The notes below the pieces were generated by a model that saw only the letters and a list, made by a program, of their open reading frames with translations, did not search any database and was not told the origin of the DNA. The translations under genes were made by a program, and so were the position numbers. Source: Negaprion brevirostris (Eukaryota). From it: a DNA stretch of 64,000 nucleotides. This document shows, in pieces, positions 50,081 through 63,020 of this stretch; the first letter of the stretch is position 1, and every line of letters starts with the position of its first letter. The stretch lies in assembly GCA_030324005.1 (NCBI GenBank), contig JARDVH010000106.1, forward strand, positions 45,229,237-45,293,236, written 5' to 3'.

Positions 50081-51283
50081 TTTTATTTTGCCAGATTGCA
50101 ATCTATAAATCTTTTCTCTACAATCACAACATCTTCAACAAAATTTTGCTTTCATGTGTATGCCATTCTGTCACTGTGAAAATTAACTTTTCAAGTTATG
50201 TTCTTGGACTGAAAACACACAAAGATAGCAATTGTACCGTGCTTGCATAAGACTGTTCTCTGCAGACATTTCCACCTGTACATTTTAGTGTGCTATCCCT
50301 CCTTTGAAATCACATGGACCTATTAATCAGGAGACTTGTAAAAGGTAATGGGCCGTAAAAGTGAATATAAACAATGTGGTTTAAAGTTTTTGGGATCTCA
50401 GTTAGCCTGGAAGCTTTGAAAAAACTGAAGGAGTTTGAAACAGAATGTGAAAAAGAAGCACTCCTAAGCTTTTTTAACCACAATCACGGAGAATAGTTTT
50501 AAGTACAGCCAGCCAGCTGATTGAAAGAGACATACTGTAAGAATGGATTTTCACCACATCAGAGAGTACACTGGCCACACGACCTCCATCCTGGGGGAGA
50601 CTCCCTGACCTGAACCTCTCTAGCCCAGCACCAACCATCTCCCCCCCAAACCCCATCTTCCTTGATGATCCCTCTCTGCACCCTGACAGGGGCTGCTTTG
50701 CCCATGGGCACCCTGGAGGGTAAGTGCAGAGAGAGTACTCAGCTCCTTGCTCACTCTCAGAGTCCATGGCACCTGGCCCCCACCACTAGTGCATGCTGGG
50801 GGAGAGGGGACAGTGTGGGGGTGGGGGTGGGGGGAGAGGAGCAGGTGGGATCCTGCTAGGCCGCTGCATTTGACTTCAAACTCACAAATGGGATTAAAAT
50901 AAATGCAAGTTAGCTCTGGGCAAGGTCTTGCCTCTTCCGGGCAACTTGAGAAATATCCACAATGAAAAGATCTGTGGTCAGAACTGACACTTGGCCTTTC
51001 TAGAATGGACAGAGGGAAAGCCGTTATATAAGAAAAACTGCAGTCAGACTGGACACCTACTCAAAAGATGAAGCACTGCTGCACAAACCCCGTTTGGGGC
51101 CTTTTACGTAATTCTTCTGCCCAACAGGATCTGTGGCTGGGACTAACGGGGCCAGAGATTTACCCCCATTGAATTTCAGGAGTTTCCTTGCTCGCCTGGA
51201 CTGCTGTTCCAGGACTTTAACCACTGCAGCATTGTGCCATTATTTCCCCTTCCTCATTTGCCGTTTGAATGTTGAGAGATCCC

Positions 51284-51602
51284 GGGCCCGATTTCGAGAG
51301 CAAAATCGTGGTAAATACGGGCATCGGGCCTTTAATGCGATCTGCACCCGATTCCGAGCAGATCGCAGCTTTACTGACATCTGATCTGGACGCAGACCTG
51401 GTTCGCACCCGAATTGGGCGGCCCGATGATTTAAATCGATTTAATGAAGCGTGCCACCAAATCCCACTTTACCGTCTTCGGGTCCGTTCCGGATCCACGC
51501 TGTAAGCGACTTGCAGCATAAAAATCCGAAGCCGATTCTTATTCCGCAGGGGAACCTCTTAAGCCCATCCTTCTCGACCATCCTTTGCAGACCCCTGGGG
51601 GG
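51284..51602. mobile_element. CpG-rich MITE/DNA-transposon end, truncated by gap
   Basis: Abrupt start at gggcccgattt, recurring cccgatt motifs and high CpG retention. Confidence 0.5.
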
Positions 51603-54600
51603 NNNNNNNNNNNNNNNNNNNNNNNNNNNNNNNNNNNNNNNNNNNNNNNNNNNNNNNNNNNNNNNNNNNNNNNNNNNNNNNNNNNNNNNNNNNNNNNNNN
51701 NNAATTATAACATAAAACTGCAATCATAAAACAAGGGTGGATTTGATCTAGTGTCTAGTGTGTACAATAAAAACTTATACAGCTGTGCTTATTTGAAGTT
51801 CGATCAAACATGTACAGTTTAGTGGAAAGAAAAGAAAGTCTAATGATACGTCTAAAGTTTGAAAAGTCACTGAGTGATCAGAGATGAATGTCATTGTAAA
51901 AAATGTCAAGTACTCCCAAAAATGGGAATCAACATTTTGAAATATAGTTCAAAACATGCAGCAGGCAGTCTCCCTGGTGTAGTTGTTAAAAATTCCAGTT
52001 TGGCCTCCTGGATGGATTCAAAGCCATACATGACAAGTCTCCATTGGTTCAGTATATTTTTACTTTGGGTTCTTATAACCCCAGTTCAGCATCTAAAAGA
52101 TCCCTTCTATTATAAAGCACTTTGTAATAATTCTCAATCGCTGTTATATACACAGGGTTACTCAAATATTTGGATAGTCAGAATTAGATTTAACAAACAA
52201 ACATAATGTGAAATCTGTCTTGAATTCTTACAGGAATATTAACTTGCTAATATATATTCAAAGAAAGTGTGTTCATAACATGACCAAGCAGGTTGATAAT
52301 CAACCTGTAAATTGTTCAAACACACACCAATGCAGGCAGTAAGAACAAGATTCCTGGTCGACCATATGACAAAAAGAAAATGGGACCTCTTATCATCAAA
52401 ATTTTCAGCTCCAAACGACAACATGTAAACGTGCATATTGTCACAGCAACTTGGACTCCCCAAATGACTTGTAAGACATCACCACCATCATACCTATGTA
52501 AAAGCTCTGCCCTACCAATTACCTAAGGCAAGAATGAACAACGACTTTTCACAGCAATTAAAATTTAACATCTGAGCAGATGATGTACCACCTCTTGGCC
52601 TGCATTTTCATTCTGGGGGTGGATAGCAGAGCCAGGAAAATTCTCTCTCAAGAGAAAGGCAAGATCCTTATTGCTGGAGGTGGGTGCAGGCTGCTGTCTG
52701 GCCAGTCAACCCAAGCAAAAGTCTGAAGGCTGCCACAGCAGCTACTGGAGGAATGTTGGGCTGTCAAAAATCCTGCCCCAGTCCTTTGCAACTTTGTGCC
52801 AGTTAAAATAAAAACACAAAGATGCAGTCTTCATCCATCACAAGCTCCACCCTAATAAGTGCTCCCCATTCTTCATCCATATAACCTTGTGCCCCCACGC
52901 TACGTGTCCCAATGACACCTCATGCCCTCTATGCTAAGTTCAGCACTTCCACCCATGCCCTGTGGCCCCCATGCTCACTATAATAGGTTTGACCATTCTG
53001 CTTACCTCTTATGGCCCCTCATGCCAAGCAATGATACTTAAATGCCCATTGACCCATTATAAATCTTCTAGAACCAATGACCCCAATAAAGACAGCTGGA
53101 TGTGTAACAAACAATTTTAAAAAGGTATTTCATTCAAACATTCTCCTATGTGTTGAAAAAAAACATTGCACTACATGCCAATATGGTGTGTCAATCATGT
53201 GGACCATTTAAAGCATCAACAGCAAAAAAATCCAAACCCTTGAATCAATTTAATTATTGTAAACAAATATTGTGAAATTAACAGCAGTGATCAGAGACTG
53301 GCTTGTCAATCAAACAATGTTTTCAAGGGACACATCTATTTCAACAATACATACCCTGTCCCTAACTATGCCCAATCCCAAACTACCTGACTATGCTACC
53401 TTCAAGCTCCCAGCTGCAACTATCCTGCCACACCATGACTATACCCTAACCTTCCCTGCCCCTTCACCTACTTATCATACATAATTATCATCTCTGCCTA
53501 CCTTGCCAAAGTGGCTCTCGGACTTTTAAGATTACTGGAATATCACAACTAGTACCTAAAAAGAGAGTGTTGTGTTGTTTCCCAAATGTTCCAATAATGG
53601 GAAGGCTCTGAGATGCTGCACAGTTCTTAAGTGGCCTGAGTTGGCGGGAAATGTAGAGTTCTAGTGTGGGGTAAGTAAACAGCAAATTCGATGATGATTG
53701 CCACTCCACAGAACATGTGGCCTACAGTTTCCAAAATTGCTTTCATTCTGTTTCATACTTCCATATTTTTCTCAATCCTGTTTGCAGTATCCTTCAATGA
53801 ATTACTTTTATCATATGCTGCTGCATATGAATACTATTGTTTGATACTCTTTTCCCTTGAAGAAATATTGCTATTTAAAGGCAAGTGCTGTTTTATCTGT
53901 TGATTGATGTACTGCAATCTGATTCTTTCTGTGAACTTTTATATATCACTACACTACCACTGAACATATTAAGTGGAAATTAGGCATTTTGTTTTCCTTT
54001 TGGATATAAACGTGAAGGATTTATAACCTTACACTTCACACAGGATTCTGATCAATGAGGTTGTAAGTTGGTCCCTTTTTATACAATCGGACAACACAAC
54101 TGCATTTCAATCCTTCAAAGCATTTTATGACCAAGATAGAAAATTTACCATGGAAACTGTGATGTGATTGGGTATTTAAACAGGCTAGTTGATTTATGAT
54201 AGCATTTGTATTTGAACTTTCCATTATCTTGCATGCCCAAACCACTATGTTGTAGGGCATCCATAAACAGAATGGCAATATACTGTCAAAAACAGTTCTG
54301 ACATATGCAAGTAACATTTGAGAAACAGACTTGCAGCAAATGTGTGAGTTTTGTGGTTTTGCCTTTTTGTTATTCATTCAAGGAGCGTGGGCCAGCACTT
54401 TATTGCCCATCCCTAATTCCCTTGGGAAGGCCATATTAACAATGCCTATGAAAGGCAAGGAAGAATTATTTTTTAAATCAACATTATTTCAAAAACATAT
54501 TGCAATGTGTCTAGTTCTACTGTTCCTTTTGTAGGATTGATTGAGTGCAGAGACTAAAATTATCCTACAGCAATGCAGACTATGCACTCACTGGGCTAAA

Positions 54601-55194
54601 CAAATGACCCTTTAAAATGATAATGTCCACAGTGGCACTTCCACAGTCTTGTTTAAATCTGCACAGATTAGACAGAGAACAAATTTAAAACAGATCTACA
54701 GCAGGCCAGTGAGCAGTATGGGGGAAAATGGAATGTCATTATATTAGTCGGAGTTCTCCCTGAGCTACAATTAATGAATGTTTTTTTTTTCATATCTACA
54801 TTAAATTTAAACTTGAATGCTGATAATTCAATGAGAGGAAACAAGCTCAGGGAACTTACTGAGCCTGACAGAATGGGCAGCTGAAGACACGATTGCAGAG
54901 TCACAGTCAATTAATAAGCTTGGGATATTTTGTTTGTTCCTGCAGATTTCTAAGCTCATTAACTTGTCCAAGACAGTTCTCTTTAAAATTGATGCACGTT
55001 CACTTGAATGTGGTGTTATGAAAGACAAGTATGTGGTTTCTATATTAGATTATGCAATAGATTATAACATGTACCTAATAATATTGCATTTTACAGCATA
55101 TATGGTTCCCAAATTTTCTGGCTTACTTGTTAGATTGCTTAAAAAAAGACTAGTGAAGATGACTTGCACTCGTGCTTTTCCTAATTTTGGACTG

Positions 55195-55320
55195 TTTCAA
55201 AGTGCATTATAGCCAATTGAATAGTTCTGAAGTATAGTTACTGTTGTAATGTGAGAAAAGTGGCAACCAATTTTCTCACAGCAAGTTCTAAACAGTAATG
55301 CGTTGATAATCAGACTTTTT
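55195..55320 (-). mobile_element. DeuSINE fragment
   Basis: Similar to 23170-23260 (gaagtatagttactgttgtaatgtgagaaaagtggcaacc). Confidence 0.55.
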
Positions 55321-55539
55321 TCGATGGACTATGTACAGAAAATGCCAGCTGGCTCCCAGTTTGATTTATCAAGGAACTATTACATATATTTAATTTCATT
55401 TAAGTGCATTTTAATTACATATTTAACAATTAATTTAAAAAGCCAGAGGACTGGTGTAATACTAGTGTTATTTAAAAATGGAAATATAACATATCATAAA
55501 ATACAGACCAGTCATCTTAACATCAGTGATCATTAAAAT

Positions 55540-56150
55540 AATAGAATTCCCAGCTCAAGGACAAAATAGGAAAACAGCCAGAAATAAACAAAATGGTCAA
55601 GACGAAGTCCAAGAGAGAAAGTTATCCTTGACCAACATCACTAAGTCCTTAAAGAACTGACCGAGAATAGTTCAGAATAAAGCAGTAGATGTAAATTATG
55701 TAGATTTCCAAAAGTTTGTGGTACGCTTTGNNNNNNNNNNNAATGCAGAGTCAGGGGTCACTTAACAGAATGGATAGTTAGTTGATTGCAAGACAGAAAA
55801 CAAGGAGTAGGAGTAAACAAATCAGAATGGAGAAGATGGAAATCAAGGTTCCACAAGGGATGAGGGTTGGGATCATGATTTGTATGAACAATTTTGACTT
55901 TAGATCAGGAATATAAACAAGTCACCAAATGTAACAATACAGGTATTTACAGGAATAGCAAACCAAGCAGTCTGGTTTATTTTTTAGAAGGGTAGAATTG
56001 AACAATGAAGTAGTTATACTAAACTTTGTTGAACCTTGATTAGATCCTTGAAAAGTGGATTACTCTGTACAATTCTGGTCACCATATTATAATAACAATG
56101 AAGGAACTAGGAGGCTGCAAAAATGATTGACAGTTTTGCAATCTCTGGAG
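55540..56150 (+). mobile_element. Old CR1 RT fragment
   Basis: Encodes AVDVNYVDFQK and VPQG-like motifs, and later caattctggtcaccatattat (QFWSPYY). Confidence 0.7.
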
Positions 56151-57149
56151 ATGAATAATTTTTCTGGAGAAATTCAAATTTCCAGTCAATATCTGGAAGG
56201 ATAATTTCTGATTTTAAGACTTCAACTCTAACAACCAGACCAAAAGCACTTTTGACCAAACATCATTCTTGTCAGCAATTTGCACTTTAAATTATCTAAC
56301 AAAACTTTTGCCTTTTACTTCTAACACAGCCAAAAAAAAAACTTCATAGGTATGCTTTACACTGCCTCTTAAGCGGACATTTAATTCTCCTGGATGCAAT
56401 CTGTAGTGAATCTTAAATTTCAATGGTTTACTTTTTTCCTTTCTCAGTCTTGGAACTCAAACTCAGAAGTATCTTCCAAGTGAGGTTTTATTCCTTGCAG
56501 ATTATTCCTCCAGCATAAGCTTGGCAAAAGTTCTAGCCTCATTTTAGCTTCTTATGAATTCAATATTTTCAAGTTGAGCACAAGCTCTCACCTACATTCC
56601 TGCACGGGGAACCAAAGCATCTTGAAGTCTGTAGGTGCTTTCCTTCTCCTTGTCAGACTAAGCTTGTCCGAGAGGTCTTGAGGATATCTTCGGCCTTTCC
56701 ACTCCCAAAACTCTGCTCCCTGGTAATATGAATACATTGGTTTTGCATCCAGATGGAAATGCTGATTGGCTATCCTGGAGAACCCAACTCTTTTTTAACT
56801 TGAAAGTAAATGGACAGTTCTTTATAACACAGCATTCTCCAACATTTCCTGGGTTTTTAGAGACTGACTTTATCCAATGTTAGCTCACAGACTCTTGTCA
56901 TTGTCTCCATGTGTTCATTTTGCACCTTATTTATGGTAAAACATTTCAGGCCCACTTTAATATGTTGCAATCAAAGTCTTTCTGTGAGGTAGAGTTCAGA
57001 ACAGGTCACATGAGCCCCCTTCATTTTAAGTATAAATTCAAAACACAGTCCCAAAACATGACCGTTTCATCTAATAACAACAGGAATACAAGAAATACTA
57101 TGTTTTATTTATTAGAAAGGATAAACACATCTTGTATCTCTTTTCTTCA

Positions 57150-57535
57150 GTTAAGAGGTTGTGTAGTGGGCTAACGGAAGTCTTTAAAATTACGAATGGT
57201 TTTGATGGAGTTGACCGAAAATTAATTATTTTCATTTGTGGAAGTGCAAGATGCGAGGCCATTAATGGACAAAAGTCACTAAGAAATCAAATAGGAAATT
57301 CAGAAGAAACTTCCTTACCTCAGAGGTTGGTGAGAATGTAGAAATTGCTCCCAAAGGGAGTGTTTGATGGAAACAGTACAACTGCATTTAAGGGGAGACT
57401 AGATAGGCATATGAAAATGACGGGCATAGGATGCAAATAGCGGGTTTATTACAGAGAGTTAGATGCATAAAGTAAGACAAGACTCAAGTGGAGCACAAAT
57501 GCCAGCATGGACTCATTGGGCCAAATGGCTGTGTA
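57150..57535 (+). mobile_element. Old CR1 3' fragment
   Basis: Encodes LTEVFKITNGFDGVD, RRNFL and QRLVRM in shifted frames, followed by a CR1-type tail. Confidence 0.7.
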
Positions 57536-58686
57536 TTTTACCTAATTTTATACAATGGGTGTTATAGGTTGGCAGTAGGACTTTTAGTTTTGAAAATGCC
57601 ACATTATCAATAAGCATTTTTGACGAGCAATTCAAAAGCATAATATAATTCTTCTTTCTCAAGAATGTGCCTCAGCTTATAATGTGTTAAATTTTATCAT
57701 GGACAAATTAGCCACAGGTCAGACAAGATAGCACTGAATGGCAGAACAAGCTCAAGGGGATAAACAGATTATTTCAGTTCCAATGTTCCTTCGTGTTAAT
57801 TTTTGCCCTTGCATCAGAAAAGTATGCCATTTTACTTCAAAGGTGAAGTGGTCTCAGTCTCAGCAACTTCATGTAATAATACATTCCACACTCTACATTC
57901 CTGCATAACCTTTCTGCTTGCTCAAAGTAATAATTTTGAATTGATGATCCCTTATCACTGCCTCCTCAAACAGGGGAAATTGCCTTTCTCTATTTACTGC
58001 ATCAAACACCTTATTAATTTTTAACTTATCTATTCAATCTTTAATTCTCTTTAAATCTCTGCTTCAGCCCAAATAACCTGGTACTTCAAGCTTCGATTGA
58101 GAGCTGGTTTCCCAACCTAGAATTATACTTTTGAAATCTAAAATTCTGTAAAAGTACCAAAAAGAATGCAATTTTGATTTCTGTCTGCAGTGCTTTTTGA
58201 AAATTTCTTATGACTCATTATTCTTCTATGCTCCATGTATAAAAAATGCAAGTCATGTTTGGCTTTGTTTTAATGGCTTTATTCACCTTAGGAATTCAGG
58301 CATTTGAAGCCATCATGCCCATTAAACATTGGGTGTGTAGTCCCCTTTGTGGTTTTTCCTCCCAAAATGTATCATTTACCCACAGTTAGTTACATTATCC
58401 TTGTCTATTTTATTAACCTGATAATATATTACTGATTATGTATTTATTTACAGCATTTCTTGAAGTTTAGCAATCTCTCACTTTCCACTTTTGCATTTTC
58501 AGCAAATTTCTGGATTGGGTTCTCTATTTGCACGTGTTGATAATAAAAATGGACCTAGCAATAACTCAAGTGTAGATTTCTTCCAGGCCATTTCTAATAT
58601 GAACAACAACTGTTATCCTTTCAAAGGAAAATTACTGTGAATGCTGGAAACCTGAAATAAAACAGAAAATGGCGGAAAAACTTAGC

Positions 58687-58724
58687 AGCTCTGATGAATG
58701 GTCAATGACCTGACATGTTAATTT
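58687..58724 (+). ncRNA. Decayed minimal hammerhead motif in a Penelope-type repeat end
   Basis: agct CTGATGA at ggtca a tgacc t GACA tg tt aatt. Helix II is intact; GAAACG has mutated to GACATG. Confidence 0.4.
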
Positions 58725-59334
58725 TGGACCAAATGTTATTTCTGGCTTGCTATTCCAGATGGTGGAACAGGAAGCAAATGCAACTTCCACTCACTGGTTT
58801 TCACAAAAATGCAATTAAAATTTTAAGTGATGGAGGTATGCATGGGAGACGCATGCAATCACGTGAAAGGAGAATCTTTTCAGCAATGGAACGCGCCATC
58901 AATTCCCAATGTAGCAGGTATGGATGGACCATAATAGAACCTCCTGGACAAATGGGGACGCTCTTCATCATGGCCATATCTTGGCTGCCCAACTGGATAC
59001 CCATTGACAAAATACTTAGAGACAGCACACAGGTGGGTCCAGGTATAACTCAAATTTAAATTTCAAATGTAAATATTTACCATTACATTGGTTTTATTTT
59101 ATTTATGTGTACATCATTTTTTTTTGGAGCTAGCCTAGTCAGAGATCTAATTGTACTGGTACACATTATGGTTGGGATACATTGGAAAGTTACAGAACGA
59201 TTAAGGACACTTCTTTACTGTGGAAAAAAAATCGATGCTACGTTTTTGTATTCAGTCTTCATTGAATGTTCATGTTAGTATCCATTGTTGCACTCTCCAT
59301 TCTGAGGGACATGATTGAACTTGCAGGCTCAGCT

Positions 59335-59985
59335 TTTCTTTGTTCATTTGTGGGATGTATGCACCACTACTAAGGCCCACATTATTATCCATCCCTACTT
59401 GCCCACAAGAAGATGGTGGTAAGCTGCCTTCTTGAACAGTTGCAGACCATATGGTATACAAACATCCACAGTACTATTAAGAAGGGAGTTCCAGAATTTT
59501 TAGCTAGTGATCGTGAAGGAACAGTGATAGAGTTGCAAGTTAGAATGGTGTAATACTTGAATGGGAAATTTCAGGTGGTGGTGTTCCCTTGTATCTGCCA
59601 TATTTGCCCTTTGAAGTGGTAAAGATCACAGGCTTGGAAGGTGCTGTAAAAGGAACGTCGGTGAGTTGCTGAAGTGCATTTTGCAGATGGAACATACTGC
59701 TGCCACTTTGTGTCAGTGGTGGAGGGATTAAACATTGCAGGTAGTGGATGCCTGCCAATCAAGTAATCTGCTTTGGCCTAGGTGATGTTCAGCTACTGGA
59801 GTCTTGTTGAAGCTGTATTCATCCGGCAAGTGGAGAATATTCCATCACACTCCTGATTTGCAGATGGTTATCAGGCTTTGGGGTCAGCAAATGAGTTATT
59901 CTCTGCAGAATTCCCAATCTCTGACCTGTTCTAGTAACCACAGTCATTATATGGCTGATCCAGCGCAGTTTCTGGTCAATAATAT
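59335..59985 (-). mobile_element. CR1/L2-clade LINE 3' part
   Basis: Minus-strand peptide IDQKLRWISHIMTVVTRTGQRLGILQR...QIRSVMEYSPL. Related 3'-end copies lie at ~8770, ~42100 and ~44450. Confidence 0.8.
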
Positions 59986-60985
59986 CGGCCGTGATTCTCT
60001 CAAAAAAAAAAACGACTTGCCAAATTTGCATAAAATTGCAAAAATCCTGCTGGTTTTTTTAAGCAGGGCTTTCAAAATGAATTTCCCACGCTCTGAGCAC
60101 TGAATTGCCATAGCGAGATTCAAGTTAAAAATCCAGGGACAGGGCTGGGAAGGCCAGCAGCACAGCACTAAGCTGGCCATTGCGCATCTGCAAATCTGTC
60201 AGAACAGAGATTGGCGCACTGCCAGCCTCCCGATCACTGGCCAGCACAACAACCTCCATCGTGGCCGTACGCCCCCAAACTCCCCCTCCCCTGATCATGG
60301 GCATCCCGGATGTCATTAGGCCAGCCAACACCCCCTCCAGTGGCCCGCCTTGATCTCCCCAACCCAACCCCCTTGCCCCGGCATCCCAATCTACCTGAAT
60401 ATCCGATCCCCAACCCGAGACCCAATCTATCTGTCCTCCCCCCACACCCAACTTCGGCAGTCTCCACCACACACCCATAGACCCGACCCCAACAGTTTGC
60501 CCCAGTCAGCCCCTTCCCTCCCTCTGTCACTGATCCTGACTGCAGAGTGGCTGTGGGTCCCCCAATCCCACTGATCAGCCTAAATCAATAGGTCCCGCTC
60601 CTTTGACACTGCCTAATGCTTGGTGGACAGTGCCAAAGTGCCCACAGGGCAGTGCCAGAGGGCCAGACTGGTGGGAGGAGAGCCTCCATCGCCCTGCTTC
60701 ACTCCAGCAGGGTTGTTCACCAGTTCCCTGTTAGTGGGGAGCTGTTGGAAATCCCGCTGGAATGAAACAGTGAAACACTCATGGCAGGGGAGAGGGGGTT
60801 TGGAGGCTAGCGGGCCTGGAGACTTCAGTCCTGGGCCAGTTAGCATTTTAATATCAGTTCCGTGCTGATTTACAGCACAGAGCTGATGCCGCTAGATATT
60901 TGGAGCGCGGAGACTGTGGCGATCAGCGGGGAGCCTGCTAAATGACTTCTGCTTATGTCCCCCAGCCCGCTGCACTGCAAATCAC
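59986..60985. mobile_element. GC-rich non-autonomous DNA transposon inserted into a LINE
   Basis: Abrupt GC-rich block starting ggccgtgattctc with internal degenerate cccgatc repeats; the LINE resumes at ~61190. Confidence 0.55.
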
Positions 60986-61189
60986 TGCCACTGTATTTTT
61001 ATAATGATATAAGGGCACCAATCACTTGTAAGGTATTATGTAAACGCATTTAGGATTCATGCATTTAAACCAGGTACATGACAGCATTTGTACAAAGGTA
61101 TAAAATTTGAAGACAACAGCAACAGATCTGTGTGTGCTGTGCTCTGCTCACAGGTCAAAGTGAAACTGAGCATGAATCAATGACACATT

Positions 61190-61455
61190 TCCCTTCCAGT
61201 GATAGCATGCTACCCTCAAAGGCACATTACAACAAATGGCAATGTGCAGGACATTCATAGTGATGGATTCTGTAATAGTAATGTCAATGAGAGATGGTTA
61301 GATTCTCCGCTGTTGGCGATGGTCATTGCCTGGTATTTGTGTGGCATGAATGCTACTTACCATTTGTCAACCCAAGTCTGAACATTGTCCATGTCTTTCT
61401 GCACATGGACATGAACTACTTCAGTATCTGATACGATGCAGATTGTGCAATCAGG
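61190..61455 (-). mobile_element. Upstream continuation of the 59335-59985 LINE
   Basis: Minus strand encodes DMDNVQTWVDKW*VAFMPHKYQAMTI, the RT segment expected upstream of IDQKL.W. Confidence 0.7.
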
Positions 61456-62773
61456 AGTGCTGGCTTTCTCTTCTATGCATTGTAAAGAATATCACCTCTT
61501 AGGCCGAATACTTGAACTGTTGCAGGTGAATGTAAGAACTCTGCTTTTAATGCCAACAATCTGAGGTGGGCCCACAGATGGACATACTAATTTACCCCTT
61601 TAGGCTCCTGATTTTCTTACCTTGACGAACTGTCTCCACTACATCCTTGTCACCGGGCCCTTCCCTCTTCCACTCCTCCATGCCCCTGATCCCACCCTCT
61701 GTCCTCCCCTGAATCCCTCTTCAATGCCTTCCTGGATAACAGTAAAAATTGGATTTTTGGTTAATTGGCAAAAGACTTACATTGTGATATTTTAGCAGTT
61801 GAATTACCATACTCCTTAACTTCCTATACAGCTGAGATGGTAGGTGGAATGTGCCTTAGGTCTCTGTAAATAGTCATACAACTCTTAAATGAAATTTGAT
61901 GCACTATGATCCAAAAGGACATGTAATAAACTTTCTCTGTCTTGTCATATGATGAGATATCTTACTTTTACTTGCTGATGGAAAATTCCTACATTGAATA
62001 TAGACTAGTGTCTTGACCAATAGATGATACAATGGGCCAGGGAAAAGCCAGAAACCATTGCATTTCTTGGCTAATAAATCAGTTTTATTTTTGCTGCAAT
62101 ACGAGCCCGGGTTCCTCACTGACTGGTTAATGAGCTACAGTTTTTTTTGGAGATAGATTGTACTCGAATTAAATTGAAACTGAAATGAAAGCTCAGGATT
62201 AAAATTTGACTTTCGAGATGGTGTCAACAGATCATCAGCACTTTTATACCTCACTCTTTTTCTATTGAAGTGTCCATGACTTTGCAACAAGATGTTATAA
62301 CGTACCTTAATCATTGCTTCAGCAACATTTCAGCCACAAAATGACATTCATCAATTTTGAAATCTCCCAAAGGTAGAATATAGATTCTGAATGTCAGTTT
62401 TCTTTTTAGTGCTTTACTATGAGAACTAAAAGATAAATTATTAAGTTATTTATGAATAAATAACATGTCACAGTGTACATGATACCTTATGGCTTGGATA
62501 CATACAAGATATAGAAGTGATTAGAAAATTTTGTGGAAATTGATTTGAACTGAAGTAATTAACATACAAAGGGAACTAAGCCAATTGGCAAACAAGGCCG
62601 ACTGTATGGAACAGAATTTAAATCTGCCAACTGTCATTGTGACACTTTCTTTGCTTTAGCAAGGTAACACAACAGCTTGTTTAAATTGTACTTGAGACTA
62701 CATGAAAAAGTTTTTTTTTAATGCAGTGTGTGTAGATTGCTTATAGAACCCAATACTGCAGCTTTCAAACAAT

Positions 62774-63020
62774 GTAAGAAGTCTCACAACACCAGGTTAA
62801 AATCCAACAGGTTTATTTGGTAGTTAACACCACCAGATTTTGGGGTTTGCCCCTTTGTCAGGTGAGTGGGAGTTCAGTCCTGGGCCAGTAACCTGATGAA
62901 GGGGCAAACCCGGAAAGCTAGTGGTGTTTACTACCAAGTAAACCTGTTGGACTTTAACCTGGTGTTGTGATACTTCTTACTGTGTTTACCCCAGCCCACC
63001 GCCAGTGTCTCCACATCATG
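62774..63020 (+). mobile_element. Penelope-derived hairpin element with 15-bp TSD
   Basis: gctttcaaacaatgt occurs at 62761-62775 and 63021-63035. Inverted arms of ~90 bp at 62774-62863 and 62891-62980 are followed by a 40-bp tail. Confidence 0.88.
62891..62923 (+). ncRNA. Minimal type I hammerhead ribozyme motif
   Basis: ac CTGATGA (62893-62899) aggggcaaacccg GAAA (62913-62916) gc TA gt. The catalytic core nucleotides are intact, with predicted cleavage after A62920. Confidence 0.65.

Noticed and set aside
2990-63020. Recurrent identical ~35-bp motif (aagtctcacaacaccaggttaaagtccaa) that could suggest a CRISPR-like array
   Set aside because: The copies are dispersed, inverted and TSD-flanked retro-element ends in a eukaryotic genome, not regularly spaced repeats.
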